DNA from: Thermococcus kodakarensis KOD1
GTDB lineage: Archaea; Methanobacteriota_B; Thermococci; Thermococcales; Thermococcaceae
DNA: 32,000 bases
Direction of reading: 5' to 3'
Assembly (NCBI RefSeq): GCF_000009965.1
Contig: NC_006624.1
Coordinates: forward strand, 1,140,001-1,172,000
A program made the translations under genes and the position numbers. Positions within the stretch are counted from its first letter, which is position 1. Every line of letters begins with the position of its first letter. Shown here in pieces: positions 17,774 to 25,067 of this stretch. The notes beneath the pieces were generated by a model. The model made no database searches. It worked only from the letters and a program-made list of their open reading frames with translations, and was not told where the DNA came from.

Positions 17774-17852
17774 ACCTCACACCCCTAAATCTAAAATCCC
17801 CTCGCAGAGATGACCTTAAACATTTCGTGAATGTTAAGGAAGGAAAAGGAGC

Positions 17853-18224
17853 TCACTTCATGAGCTCCTTGACCTTCATGGCGATGTCCTCAACGAGCTC
17901 GCGGGCCTTGCCCGGCTCGATGATAGCAACGCTGGCAGCTGGGACTTCAAGGCCAGCGGCCGCTCCAAGCTCCTTCTTGCTCGGGACGTAGACGTACGGG
18001 ATCTCCTTCTCCTCGCAGAGCGGCGGGAGGTGGGCAACGATCTCTTCAGGGTCAACGTCCTCGGCTATGATAACGAGCTTGGCCTGGCCCCTCTCGACGG
18101 CCTTGGTGGTCTCGTTGGTGCCCTTCCTTATCCTTCCGGTGTCCCTTGCGATCTCAACGGCCTCAAGGGCCTTCTCGGCAAGCTCCTGTGGAACCTCAAA
18201 CTTCACGTAGCTCGGCTTCGCCAT
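17853..18224 (-). CDS. rpl7ae: 50S ribosomal protein L7Ae (K-turn binding protein)
   Basis: [63 protein letters not shown] is nearly identical to the 123-aa Pyrococcus/Thermococcus L7Ae as I remember it. The second ATG is chosen because GGAGGG lies 6 nt upstream of it. Confidence 0.95.
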
Positions 18225-18297
18225 CTTCATCCCTCCGAAACCTCATCGTTCATCTGTTTGCACCACCGACTCGGGCTGACCGCTTAAAAGGGTTTCG

Positions 18298-19482
18298 CTA
18301 CTCAACTGGCCAGAACACAAACTCGCAGTGATCTGCGCCCATGGCCTCGCACTTGGTTTCCTTGCCCTCCCATCTCTTTCCCGTGAACTCCGTTAGGAAC
18401 TGGGCTATTGAACCCGCGTAGTGGACATGATATGGCAGGGATGAACCCTTCCCTCCTGGAAAGAGGTTTTTGCCCGTTATCAATATTAGGTCGTCTTTGA
18501 TGTCCACGATCTCCAGGGTGCCGCCCCCACTGGAGCGCGTTAGGAGCGCTATTTCTTCGAGTGCGGCCCTCAGGCTGTCGGTGCGCATTCTCGCGTCTTT
18601 TCCGAGCCCAATAAACTGCTTCTTGCCCCAGAGATAAAGGAACTCTTTGCCCTTCTCAGGCCCTAGGAACTCATAAGCAGTCTCTATAGTAGCCCTTTCG
18701 CTGTCTTCGGTGATTATTTCCACCCTATCCCAGTCAAGCCACAGAGTTCCATCGGATTCTGCTCTAAGCCTCTTTTTGATACCTTCCAAGGTAGCGTATT
18801 CTTCAAGTACGAGTTTTATCCCCTCTGAAGACCTTACGTATGGAAAGATCAGGTTTGCAGTCTTTAGTGGCTGAATGGAGCGTGCTATGTGAATCCTTCC
18901 ACGGGACACTTCAAAGACATAGTCAAATGGTATCAAAGTAGCAGCTAGATCAACTTTCTCAAACACATTCCCGCAGAGAGCGGCCATGGCGGTTACTCCA
19001 GTTGACTTCACGGAGTTTATCAGACGTACCAGCGTTTTTATGTAGCCCTTTGGATTGGGCTGGAGGGTGTACTGGGCCGTTAAATCATCCACAACAAGAA
19101 CGTCAAAATCTCCTTTTGAGAGGCGATCCCTAATTACGGCCGTTGTGATTCCTATATCGAGGGGGTTGGAGAGGATGTTCTCACCCTGCTTCTGGTCGGG
19201 AGCGTAGAGGTTGGTGTACCCGTCCAGGATAACCAGAGAACCGTTCTCTATGAAGGGGAGGTAGTTGATCCCATTGTGCTCAGCTTCTTTGATGAGAGTG
19301 TCAGGTGCTTCTCTAAACGCTACTAGAAGGACTTTTTTCCCGTCTTTAAGAGCGTTTAGAGCGACCTGATGCATGAGAATTATGTTGTCGTATTCGAGTG
19401 AACCAACGAAGGCAACGGCGGAACTCTCTATTATGCCGCCGTCAAGGGCATCGTCAACCTGCCTTATTCCCGTCTTTAGCAT
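18298..19482 (-). CDS. KaiC/RecA-superfamily-like domain lacking a Walker A motif, fused to a C-terminal V4R domain
   Basis: The N-terminus GIRQVDDALDGGIIESSAVAFVGSLEYDNI aligns with the KaiC-like pattern GIxxLDxxLxGGxxxGxxxLxxGxPGxGKT. The P-loop GxGKT is replaced by LEYDN, while a Walker-B-like DVLVVDD is retained. The C-terminus ends ...YHVHYAGSIAQFLTEFTGKRWEGKETKCEAMGADHCEFVF, the V4R-type C-x5-C signature. The ATG at 19482 has a GGTGA 5 nt upstream. Confidence 0.65.
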   Translation of the reverse strand: MLKTGIRQVDDALDGGIIESSAVAFVGSLEYDNIILMHQVALNALKDGKKVLLVAFREAPDTLIKEAEHNGINYLPFIENGSLVILDGYTNLYAPDQKQGENILSNPLDIGITTAVIRDRLSKGDFDVLVVDDLTAQYTLQPNPKGYIKTLVRLINSVKSTGVTAMAALCGNVFEKVDLAATLIPFDYVFEVSRGRIHIARSIQPLKTANLIFPYVRSSEGIKLVLEEYATLEGIKKRLRAESDGTLWLDWDRVEIITEDSERATIETAYEFLGPEKGKEFLYLWGKKQFIGLGKDARMRTDSLRAALEEIALLTRSSGGGTLEIVDIKDDLILITGKNLFPGGKGSSLPYHVHYAGSIAQFLTEFTGKRWEGKETKCEAMGADHCEFVFWPVE

Positions 19483-19585
19483 TTTTCTCACCCTCGCGGA
19501 GTTTGTTTGTAGAACTTATAATCTTTTGGTTAACGCTTGAGACATTTTGGGAAAACTATCAAATTAAATTGGATAAAAAATTTCA

Positions 19586-19644
19586 AAGCTCAGGAGCGGC
19601 CAAGCTCATCATCCAACTCAGGTTAAGACTCCTCATCATAGCCC
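19586..19644 (-). ncRNA. C/D-box sRNA (2'-O-methylation guide) overlapping the 3' end of the Zn-ribbon CDS
   Basis: The minus strand reads ggggcu-AUGAUGA(19639-19633)-GGAGUCUUAAC(11 nt)-CUGA(19621-19618)-guugg-AUGAUGA(19612-19606)-GCUUGGCCGCUC(12 nt)-CUGA(19593-19590)-gcuu. All four boxes are perfect consensus and the spacings are canonical. A short terminal stem (GGGC/GCUU, comprising 2 Watson-Crick and 2 G-U pairs) leaves a 3-nt bulge. Confidence 0.75.
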
Positions 19645-20234
19645 CGATATATCTCGAGGCTCCTTCTGGCTCTCGCCTTCGGAATCTGGTGGCCCATTAT
19701 GGCCACGATTTCATCTGCCCTGGCCTTCCCGTGGTGGAGCATTTTTCTTTCCGTCTTTATCTTCTCCACCCTGAAGGTGTAGCCCCCGACCTCGATGACT
19801 TCCCCAACGACGAACTCCTCGCTCCTTGGTACCTTCACCTTAAAGGCCTGGGTGATGCCCTTTGGAAGGTAGATAGAGACCTTTATGACCTTCGGGTAAG
19901 TTAAGCTCTCGCCCCAGAGGGTCTTGACTTCTTCCACCTTAGCCTTGTTGACCCTCTTGTCCCCCTCCAGCTCTATCCCTGTTATTCTGACCTCATCGTC
20001 CTCCGTCTCGACGATGTCCCCCACTTTTATTTCTTCACCCTCCGGAAGCTCGGCTTCGCTCTTGAAGCTCCTCTCGTGCTTGCTGACAATGAGAGGAACC
20101 TTCCTGAACTTCGGAAGGGTAACGTGCCAGACGTGGCCGCAGTCGTTACAGCGAAGGGTAAGCTCTCTCCCCCTCTCCCTGATGACCTCAACGTTCTCGC
20201 TACCACATTCAGGACATACGAACAGCTCTTCCAT
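19623..20234 (-). CDS. Uncharacterised archaeal Zn-ribbon protein (COG1326-like)
   Basis: An N-terminal CPECG...CNDCG zinc ribbon is followed by two beta-rich domains. The ATG at 20234 has a GGTGA 5 nt upstream. The last six codons (GYDEES) are shared with the C box and first guide of the sRNA. Confidence 0.7.
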   Translation of the reverse strand: MEELFVCPECGSENVEVIRERGRELTLRCNDCGHVWHVTLPKFRKVPLIVSKHERSFKSEAELPEGEEIKVGDIVETEDDEVRITGIELEGDKRVNKAKVEEVKTLWGESLTYPKVIKVSIYLPKGITQAFKVKVPRSEEFVVGEVIEVGGYTFRVEKIKTERKMLHHGKARADEIVAIMGHQIPKARARRSLEIYRGYDEES

Positions 20235-20267
20235 TTCTCTCACCGGAATGGGAGAAGGGAAAACGGT

Positions 20268-21572
20268 TTATAAACCTGCCCCAAGGAGCCACTTCCAAAG
20301 GGGTATGAATTCAATATTCTTTCCATCAACGGTTTCCGCGGCCTCGTAATCCCACGTGATCGCCTTTAGATTCCCGCATCTAAGATGCCTGGAAGCAGAG
20401 ATCAGAGCCTTTACTTCACGTCTCATCGTCTCTGGGTCGTCAACGCTCCAGCTGACCTGGATCAGCTCAGAAACCTTTGGCCCCCTCGAAACCACGAAGT
20501 CAACTTCTCCTTCACGTCCTTCCCAGTAATGAACCTCGATTAATGGGTCGGAGTAGTGCTTTCTCCTCAAGAGCTCAACAGCAACGATGTTCTCCAATCT
20601 GAAGCCGAAGTCCTCCACACCCAGAGCCTCCGCGAATCCAATATCAGCCAGATAGAGCTTTGGAGCGCTCCGAAGGGATTCAACGGTGTTGCCATGATAC
20701 TTCCGAACGGGAACGACGAACCCGACGTCCTCAAGGTAGGAGAAGTACTCGTAGACGGTCGGCTTACTTAGTTTAACCCCCATGGATGACAGAAATCCGT
20801 GGAGCTTTCTAACCGAGGTTTTCCTGGCGAAGTTCCTTGTTATGACCCGTATTAGGGCCTTCATAGCGGAGCTTTTTTCAACACCATATCTCTCGATCAA
20901 GTCCTTGTAGACTATCAGGTCGAGGTACTCCTGGAGCGTTCTGATCTTGAGGAGGGGAGGGTAGTCCACTATTCCTGGGAAACCTCCGTATCTGACGTAT
21001 TCGTCGAGGAAAGCAAAAAGCCGGCCCCTTCTGGCTTCGGTTAACGGAGAGGTCAGCTTAAACTCCTTGAACTCCAGGAATTCTCTAAAAGACAGTGGAA
21101 AGAGCTGAAACGACAGCGTTCTTCCCCTAAGGGAAGTTGCAATCTCCTTCGAGAGTAGTTTTGAAGAGGAGCCCGTTAGAAAAACTCTGGCGTTTCCCCT
21201 CTCCACCATCCGTCTCACGAATTTTTCCCATCCCTCTACAGCCTGCACCTCGTCAAGGAAAAGGTAGAGAACCCTGGCTCCGGGGTTGTGCTTATGATAG
21301 AGCTCAACTATGCTGGAGAGATCTTTGGCCGTCATTCCAACAAGCCTCTCGTCCTCGAAGTTAACGTAAAAAAGCCTTCTGAAGGGGAGCCCAGAACCCA
21401 TGAGTCTCTTCATCGTCGCATAGAGGAAGTGAGTTTTGCCAACCCTCCTGAGGCCAAAGATAGAGAGGGCAGTGTCAAGGTTCGTGGGCAGGGCGAGCTC
21501 CCTCTCCTTCACCTCTGGGAGTCCAAGCTCCCAAAACTCTGCTATGACCTCTTCGAGCACCTCTCTCATCAT
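20268..21572 (-). CDS. AAA+ superfamily ATPase with C-terminal DUF4143-type domain (COG1373)
   Basis: Walker A is GLRRVGKT and Walker B is LFLDEVQ. The C-terminal block reads YWEGREGEVDFVV...ELIQVSW. The 434-aa size is typical of this family. Confidence 0.85.
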   Translation of the reverse strand: MMREVLEEVIAEFWELGLPEVKERELALPTNLDTALSIFGLRRVGKTHFLYATMKRLMGSGLPFRRLFYVNFEDERLVGMTAKDLSSIVELYHKHNPGARVLYLFLDEVQAVEGWEKFVRRMVERGNARVFLTGSSSKLLSKEIATSLRGRTLSFQLFPLSFREFLEFKEFKLTSPLTEARRGRLFAFLDEYVRYGGFPGIVDYPPLLKIRTLQEYLDLIVYKDLIERYGVEKSSAMKALIRVITRNFARKTSVRKLHGFLSSMGVKLSKPTVYEYFSYLEDVGFVVPVRKYHGNTVESLRSAPKLYLADIGFAEALGVEDFGFRLENIVAVELLRRKHYSDPLIEVHYWEGREGEVDFVVSRGPKVSELIQVSWSVDDPETMRREVKALISASRHLRCGNLKAITWDYEAAETVDGKNIEFIPLWKWLLGAGL

Positions 21573-21574
21573 AT

Positions 21575-21627
21575 GTACAACTCAATTTTACCATATTTAA
21601 GTGTTTTTGTCAAACTCAACTTTACCA
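21575..21627 (-). promoter_or_regulatory. Pair of 19-nt direct repeats bracketing the TATA box of the AAA+ ATPase gene (candidate operator)
   Basis: On the plus strand the repeats are GTACAACTCAATTTTACCA (21575-21593) and GTCAAACTCAACTTTACCA (21609-21627), 16/19 identical and 34 nt apart. The TATA-like CACTTAAATA (minus strand) sits between them. The proximal repeat ends 2 nt before the ATG. Confidence 0.5.
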
Positions 21628-23523
21628 TCAGAGCTGGCTACCCTCCTCGGGGTTCTTGATCTTCAACAGCGGGCAGACGTCCATGCACTCGCGACAGTGG
21701 ACGCAGGAGTCCCAGTCAACGACTATCTTCTTGCTCCTTTCGTCGATGCTCAGCGCGTTCTCTGGGCATTTGCCGACGCAGAACCCGCAGCCAAAGCACT
21801 CGTAGGCCCTCTTGACGAGGTAGTAGGCGCTCCAGGCCTCTTCCTCATTCGGAGCTCTGGCGGTTCTTGTGCCGGTTAGGAACTCAACCTGCCCCGCCTT
21901 GATAACGTCGCCATCGACTTCTACCTCACCGAGGATTGGGGCCACCTCAAGGAGCCTCTTCTTGTTGAGGACGGTGTTGAAGGTCAGCTCGTAGCCATCG
22001 TCGGTCTCTTCAATCTGGACTTTTACCGGCTCCCATGAGCGCTCCTCTGGAATATCAACACCCAGCTTCCGCGCTATTGACTTTTCACCCTTGCTGAGCT
22101 TCTTCCAGCGCCAGAAGCCGTAGGTTACCCACTCCTCTGGAAGGTCAAAGCGCTCCCTCCAGTACTCCAGCGCCTTCTTCCACTTCTCCCAGAGTTCGGG
22201 CTTCTCCCTCTTCAGCCTCTCGAACTCAGCCAGAGAAGCGCTTGGACAGAGGAAACAGCCTATTCTATCAAAACCGCGAGCGTAGAGCGGGTTGTACTTC
22301 AGCTTCCTGCTGAATATGTAGAGCCAGACCTCTATGGCCCTCCAGTGGAAGATTGGCGATGCGCCTATCTCGTTCGGCACCCACTCGTTCCTCCACACGC
22401 GCGGCTGCTTGAACCTCTTTATGCTCTCGTACTTCCTCTGGCCGACGAACATCAGGACGCCCTTTGGGTAGTTCTCCTTTATGGCCATCGTAATCGGCCC
22501 GAGCTTCGTTACCTTACAGCACCAGCGGTAGTCCCTCCCCGGCGGTGAGAAGACATACAAAGCCCTCCAGAAGGCGTCGCCGGCGTCGGCCACTATGAAC
22601 CTGACTCCCTTAGGCTCAAGCTCCTTTCTCAGCTCTTCAACGTATTGAACCGTTTCAGGGAACTCGATGCCCGTGTTGTTGAAGAAGACCGTAAAGTCAG
22701 TTCCAAACTCCTCCAGCGCCAGACCGAGAACCGCCAAACTGTCCTTTCCGCCCGAGAAAGCGACCGCCTTCGGAAGGTCTGAGTACTTGTTAGCTACTCT
22801 CCTCATGAACTCCCTGCTCTTCACGACCTTCTCTTCAAGCGCTATACTGTTCGCCCGCAGAACATCCTCCATGGTGGCCTTCTTGCCCTCGCGGTAGTTT
22901 ACTGCCTTCTGCCTCTTCGGCTTTACGCCGGTTCCCCTTTCGCCCCTCATCAGGGCATCGTAGTCCTTCTTTGCTATCCCAGTGGCGAAAACCTCTCCGT
23001 CTTCGGTAACGAGTATGACCTCATCCCCAACCCTTATGCTCGGATCCGCTTCGAGGACGCCAACTGCCATCAGGTTTGCGCCCTTCTTTATCGGCCCTAC
23101 AGCTCCCTTGTCAACGACTATCCATTTCTTCATCTTCTTTCCGAAGCGCTTCCAGAGGGCGATGGCCCCCTCAACTTTCAGTCCGGCGTGCCACTTCAGC
23201 TCGAGCGGGTTGTACTTGACGTAGCCGAAGACGTAGCCGTCGAGGATTATCTCGTAGGCATCATCCTCGCTCGGGAGCTTGTTGAGGAGGACGATTTTTC
23301 CCTCCAAAATTTCGCCGATGTCAACGCCGTAGTGCTCCATGAACACTGAGCGGATGAACTCAATGTCCTTCTCAAAGGCGAAGCGCAGGTCTCCCGGCGG
23401 AGTGATGTTTAGCCTGAACACTCCTTCCTTTCCGTGAACTGCGCAGGAGTCGCCGATGAGCGGGACGTTGCACTTCTCGCACCAGTTTATGTAAGCCTTT
23501 CCAAGGAAGACGGGTCTTCCCAT
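21628..23523 (-). CDS. PAPS-reductase-family (PP-loop ATP pyrophosphatase) protein with N-terminal Zn-ribbon and PUA-like region and C-terminal 2x[4Fe-4S] ferredoxin domain
   Basis: The PP-loop is AFSGGKDSLAVLGLA. An N-terminal Cys cluster CEKCNVP...C is present. The C-terminal CFGCGFCVGKCP and CVHCRECMDVCP are two ferredoxin-type clusters. The ATG at 23523 has an AGGTGG 6 nt upstream, and the ORF-track start at 23544 lies in the leader. Confidence 0.8.
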   Translation of the reverse strand: MGRPVFLGKAYINWCEKCNVPLIGDSCAVHGKEGVFRLNITPPGDLRFAFEKDIEFIRSVFMEHYGVDIGEILEGKIVLLNKLPSEDDAYEIILDGYVFGYVKYNPLELKWHAGLKVEGAIALWKRFGKKMKKWIVVDKGAVGPIKKGANLMAVGVLEADPSIRVGDEVILVTEDGEVFATGIAKKDYDALMRGERGTGVKPKRQKAVNYREGKKATMEDVLRANSIALEEKVVKSREFMRRVANKYSDLPKAVAFSGGKDSLAVLGLALEEFGTDFTVFFNNTGIEFPETVQYVEELRKELEPKGVRFIVADAGDAFWRALYVFSPPGRDYRWCCKVTKLGPITMAIKENYPKGVLMFVGQRKYESIKRFKQPRVWRNEWVPNEIGASPIFHWRAIEVWLYIFSRKLKYNPLYARGFDRIGCFLCPSASLAEFERLKREKPELWEKWKKALEYWRERFDLPEEWVTYGFWRWKKLSKGEKSIARKLGVDIPEERSWEPVKVQIEETDDGYELTFNTVLNKKRLLEVAPILGEVEVDGDVIKAGQVEFLTGTRTARAPNEEEAWSAYYLVKRAYECFGCGFCVGKCPENALSIDERSKKIVVDWDSCVHCRECMDVCPLLKIKNPEEGSQL

Positions 23524-23640
23524 TTTTCCCACCTGCTCACACATACGCTCGGGGTTTAAAAAGTAGACCCCACAAACCTGAGAAAGGCTTATAAGGAACT
23601 CAACATAGAAGAAGTCTAGAAATTTCGGGAGGTAGTAGTA

Positions 23641-24594
23641 ATGGCTGGCTTTGCCGCCTTTGTAATATTCGTCCTGGGTCTGTTCTTACTCCTGCTGTTG
23701 CTACTGGGCGTCAAGATAATCCGGCCCTACGAGAAAGGTCTGGTGGAGAGGCTCGGAAAGTTCAACAGAATCCTCGACCCCGGTGTACACTTCATAATCC
23801 CTTTCATGGAGCACGTCAAAAAGGTCGACATGAGGGAGCACGTCATTGATGTCCCCCCTCAGGAAGTCATCTGTAAGGACAACGTCGTCGTAACCGTTGA
23901 CGCCGTGGTGTATTATCAGATAATCGACCCGATAAAGGCCGTCTACAACGTGAGCAACTTCCTGATGGCCATCGTCAAGCTCGCCCAAACCAACCTGCGT
24001 GCCATAATCGGTGAGATGGAGCTCGATGAGACTCTCTCTGGTAGGGACATAATCAACGCCCGCCTGAGGGAAGAACTGGACAAGATAACCGACCGCTGGG
24101 GCGTTAAGATAACCCGCGTCGAGATACAGAGGATAGACCCGCCGAAGGACATCCAGGAGGCGATGGCCAAGCAGATGACGGCGGAGAGGGAGAAGAGGGC
24201 CATGATACTCCTGGCGGAAGGTAAGAAGGAGAGCGCCATAAGGGAGGCCGAGGGCCAGAAGCAGGCGGCCATTCTGAAGGCCGAAGGTGAGAAGCAGAGG
24301 CAGATACTCATCGCTGAGGGCCAGGCAGAGGCAATCAGGAAGGTGCTTGAGGCCCTCAGGATGGCGGACGAGAAGTACCTCACGCTCCAGTACATCGAGA
24401 AGCTTCCCGACCTTGCCAAGTACGGCAACCTCATAGTCCCGTACGACACAGAGGCTCTCATCGGCCTGCTGAGAATCCTCCAGAAGGTCAAGGACATGCC
24501 GCTCCCTCAGCCGCCGAAGAACGAGAAGGAAGAGCCCCAGGGAAGTGGTGAGAACAGCGAAGAGCTTGAAAAGCCTAAAGACATGACGGAGTGA
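23641..24594 (+). CDS. SPFH/band-7 (stomatin/prohibitin-like) membrane protein
   Basis: An N-terminal TM helix is followed by an SPFH core (IIRPYEKGLVERLGKFNRILDPGVHFIIPF...). Next comes an AEGxKQ coiled-coil repeat region (AEGKKES..AEGQKQA..AEGEKQR..AEGQAEA). Confidence 0.9.
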   Translation: MAGFAAFVIFVLGLFLLLLLLLGVKIIRPYEKGLVERLGKFNRILDPGVHFIIPFMEHVKKVDMREHVIDVPPQEVICKDNVVVTVDAVVYYQIIDPIKAVYNVSNFLMAIVKLAQTNLRAIIGEMELDETLSGRDIINARLREELDKITDRWGVKITRVEIQRIDPPKDIQEAMAKQMTAEREKRAMILLAEGKKESAIREAEGQKQAAILKAEGEKQRQILIAEGQAEAIRKVLEALRMADEKYLTLQYIEKLPDLAKYGNLIVPYDTEALIGLLRILQKVKDMPLPQPPKNEKEEPQGSGENSEELEKPKDMTE

Positions 24595-24600
24595 GGGGCC

Positions 24601-25020
24601 ATGGACCCCTTCCCGATTTTTCTCCTCATCCTTGGACTGCTCATAATCCTGCTCGACATGATGGTTACGGCATTCATAACACCCATAGGGGTTACCTTTG
24701 CCGTTCTTGGGATTCTCTTAGGCTTCGGCTGGAACTTCACGGAGAGCTTTGTCGTTGCGTTGATCTTCGGCGTCCTCGCCTACATCCTCGTCGGCAGGTA
24801 CATCAGAAAGGACGTCGTGGACATTGGAGAAAAGGAGAAGAAGTACACCTTCGAGCTGGTAGGGAAGAGGGGGAGAGTCGTTAAAGTAGCGGAAGACCAC
24901 TACCTCGTTGAGCTTGAGGGGGACAACTGGATAGCGCTCAGTGATGATAAGCTCGAAGTCGGGGACACGGTTGAAGTGGTCAAGGTTGATGGGGTCAAGC
25001 TGATCGTGAAGAAAGTCTGA
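24601..25020 (+). CDS. NfeD family membrane protein (short form, C-terminal OB-fold)
   Basis: Three N-terminal hydrophobic helices are followed by [50 protein letters not shown]. The gene lies 6 nt downstream of the stomatin gene, the classical stomatin-NfeD operon arrangement. Confidence 0.8.
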   Translation: MDPFPIFLLILGLLIILLDMMVTAFITPIGVTFAVLGILLGFGWNFTESFVVALIFGVLAYILVGRYIRKDVVDIGEKEKKYTFELVGKRGRVVKVAEDHYLVELEGDNWIALSDDKLEVGDTVEVVKVDGVKLIVKKV

Positions 25021-25067
25021 GCCCAAACCGTTTTAACCCTTCTTTTTCACCTTCCTCGGTGAAACCG

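Noticed and set aside
18231-18262. A possible K-turn in the L7Ae 5' leader (CAAACAGAUGAACGAUGAGGUUUCGGAGGG), which might mediate autoregulation.
   Set aside because: Two GAUGA motifs are present. However, I could not find a complementary C-stem or a partner xUGA strand in K-turn register, so no fold can be supported by eye.
20268-21572. The AAA+/DUF4143 ATPase considered as a defence-system component. Its C-terminal EVDFVV...ELIQVS block resembles a degenerate nuclease-like motif.
   Set aside because: It is a solitary gene in a housekeeping context with no partner nuclease, methylase or other defence genes. This family is abundant and multi-copy in archaeal genomes. The motif degeneration cannot be judged without an alignment.
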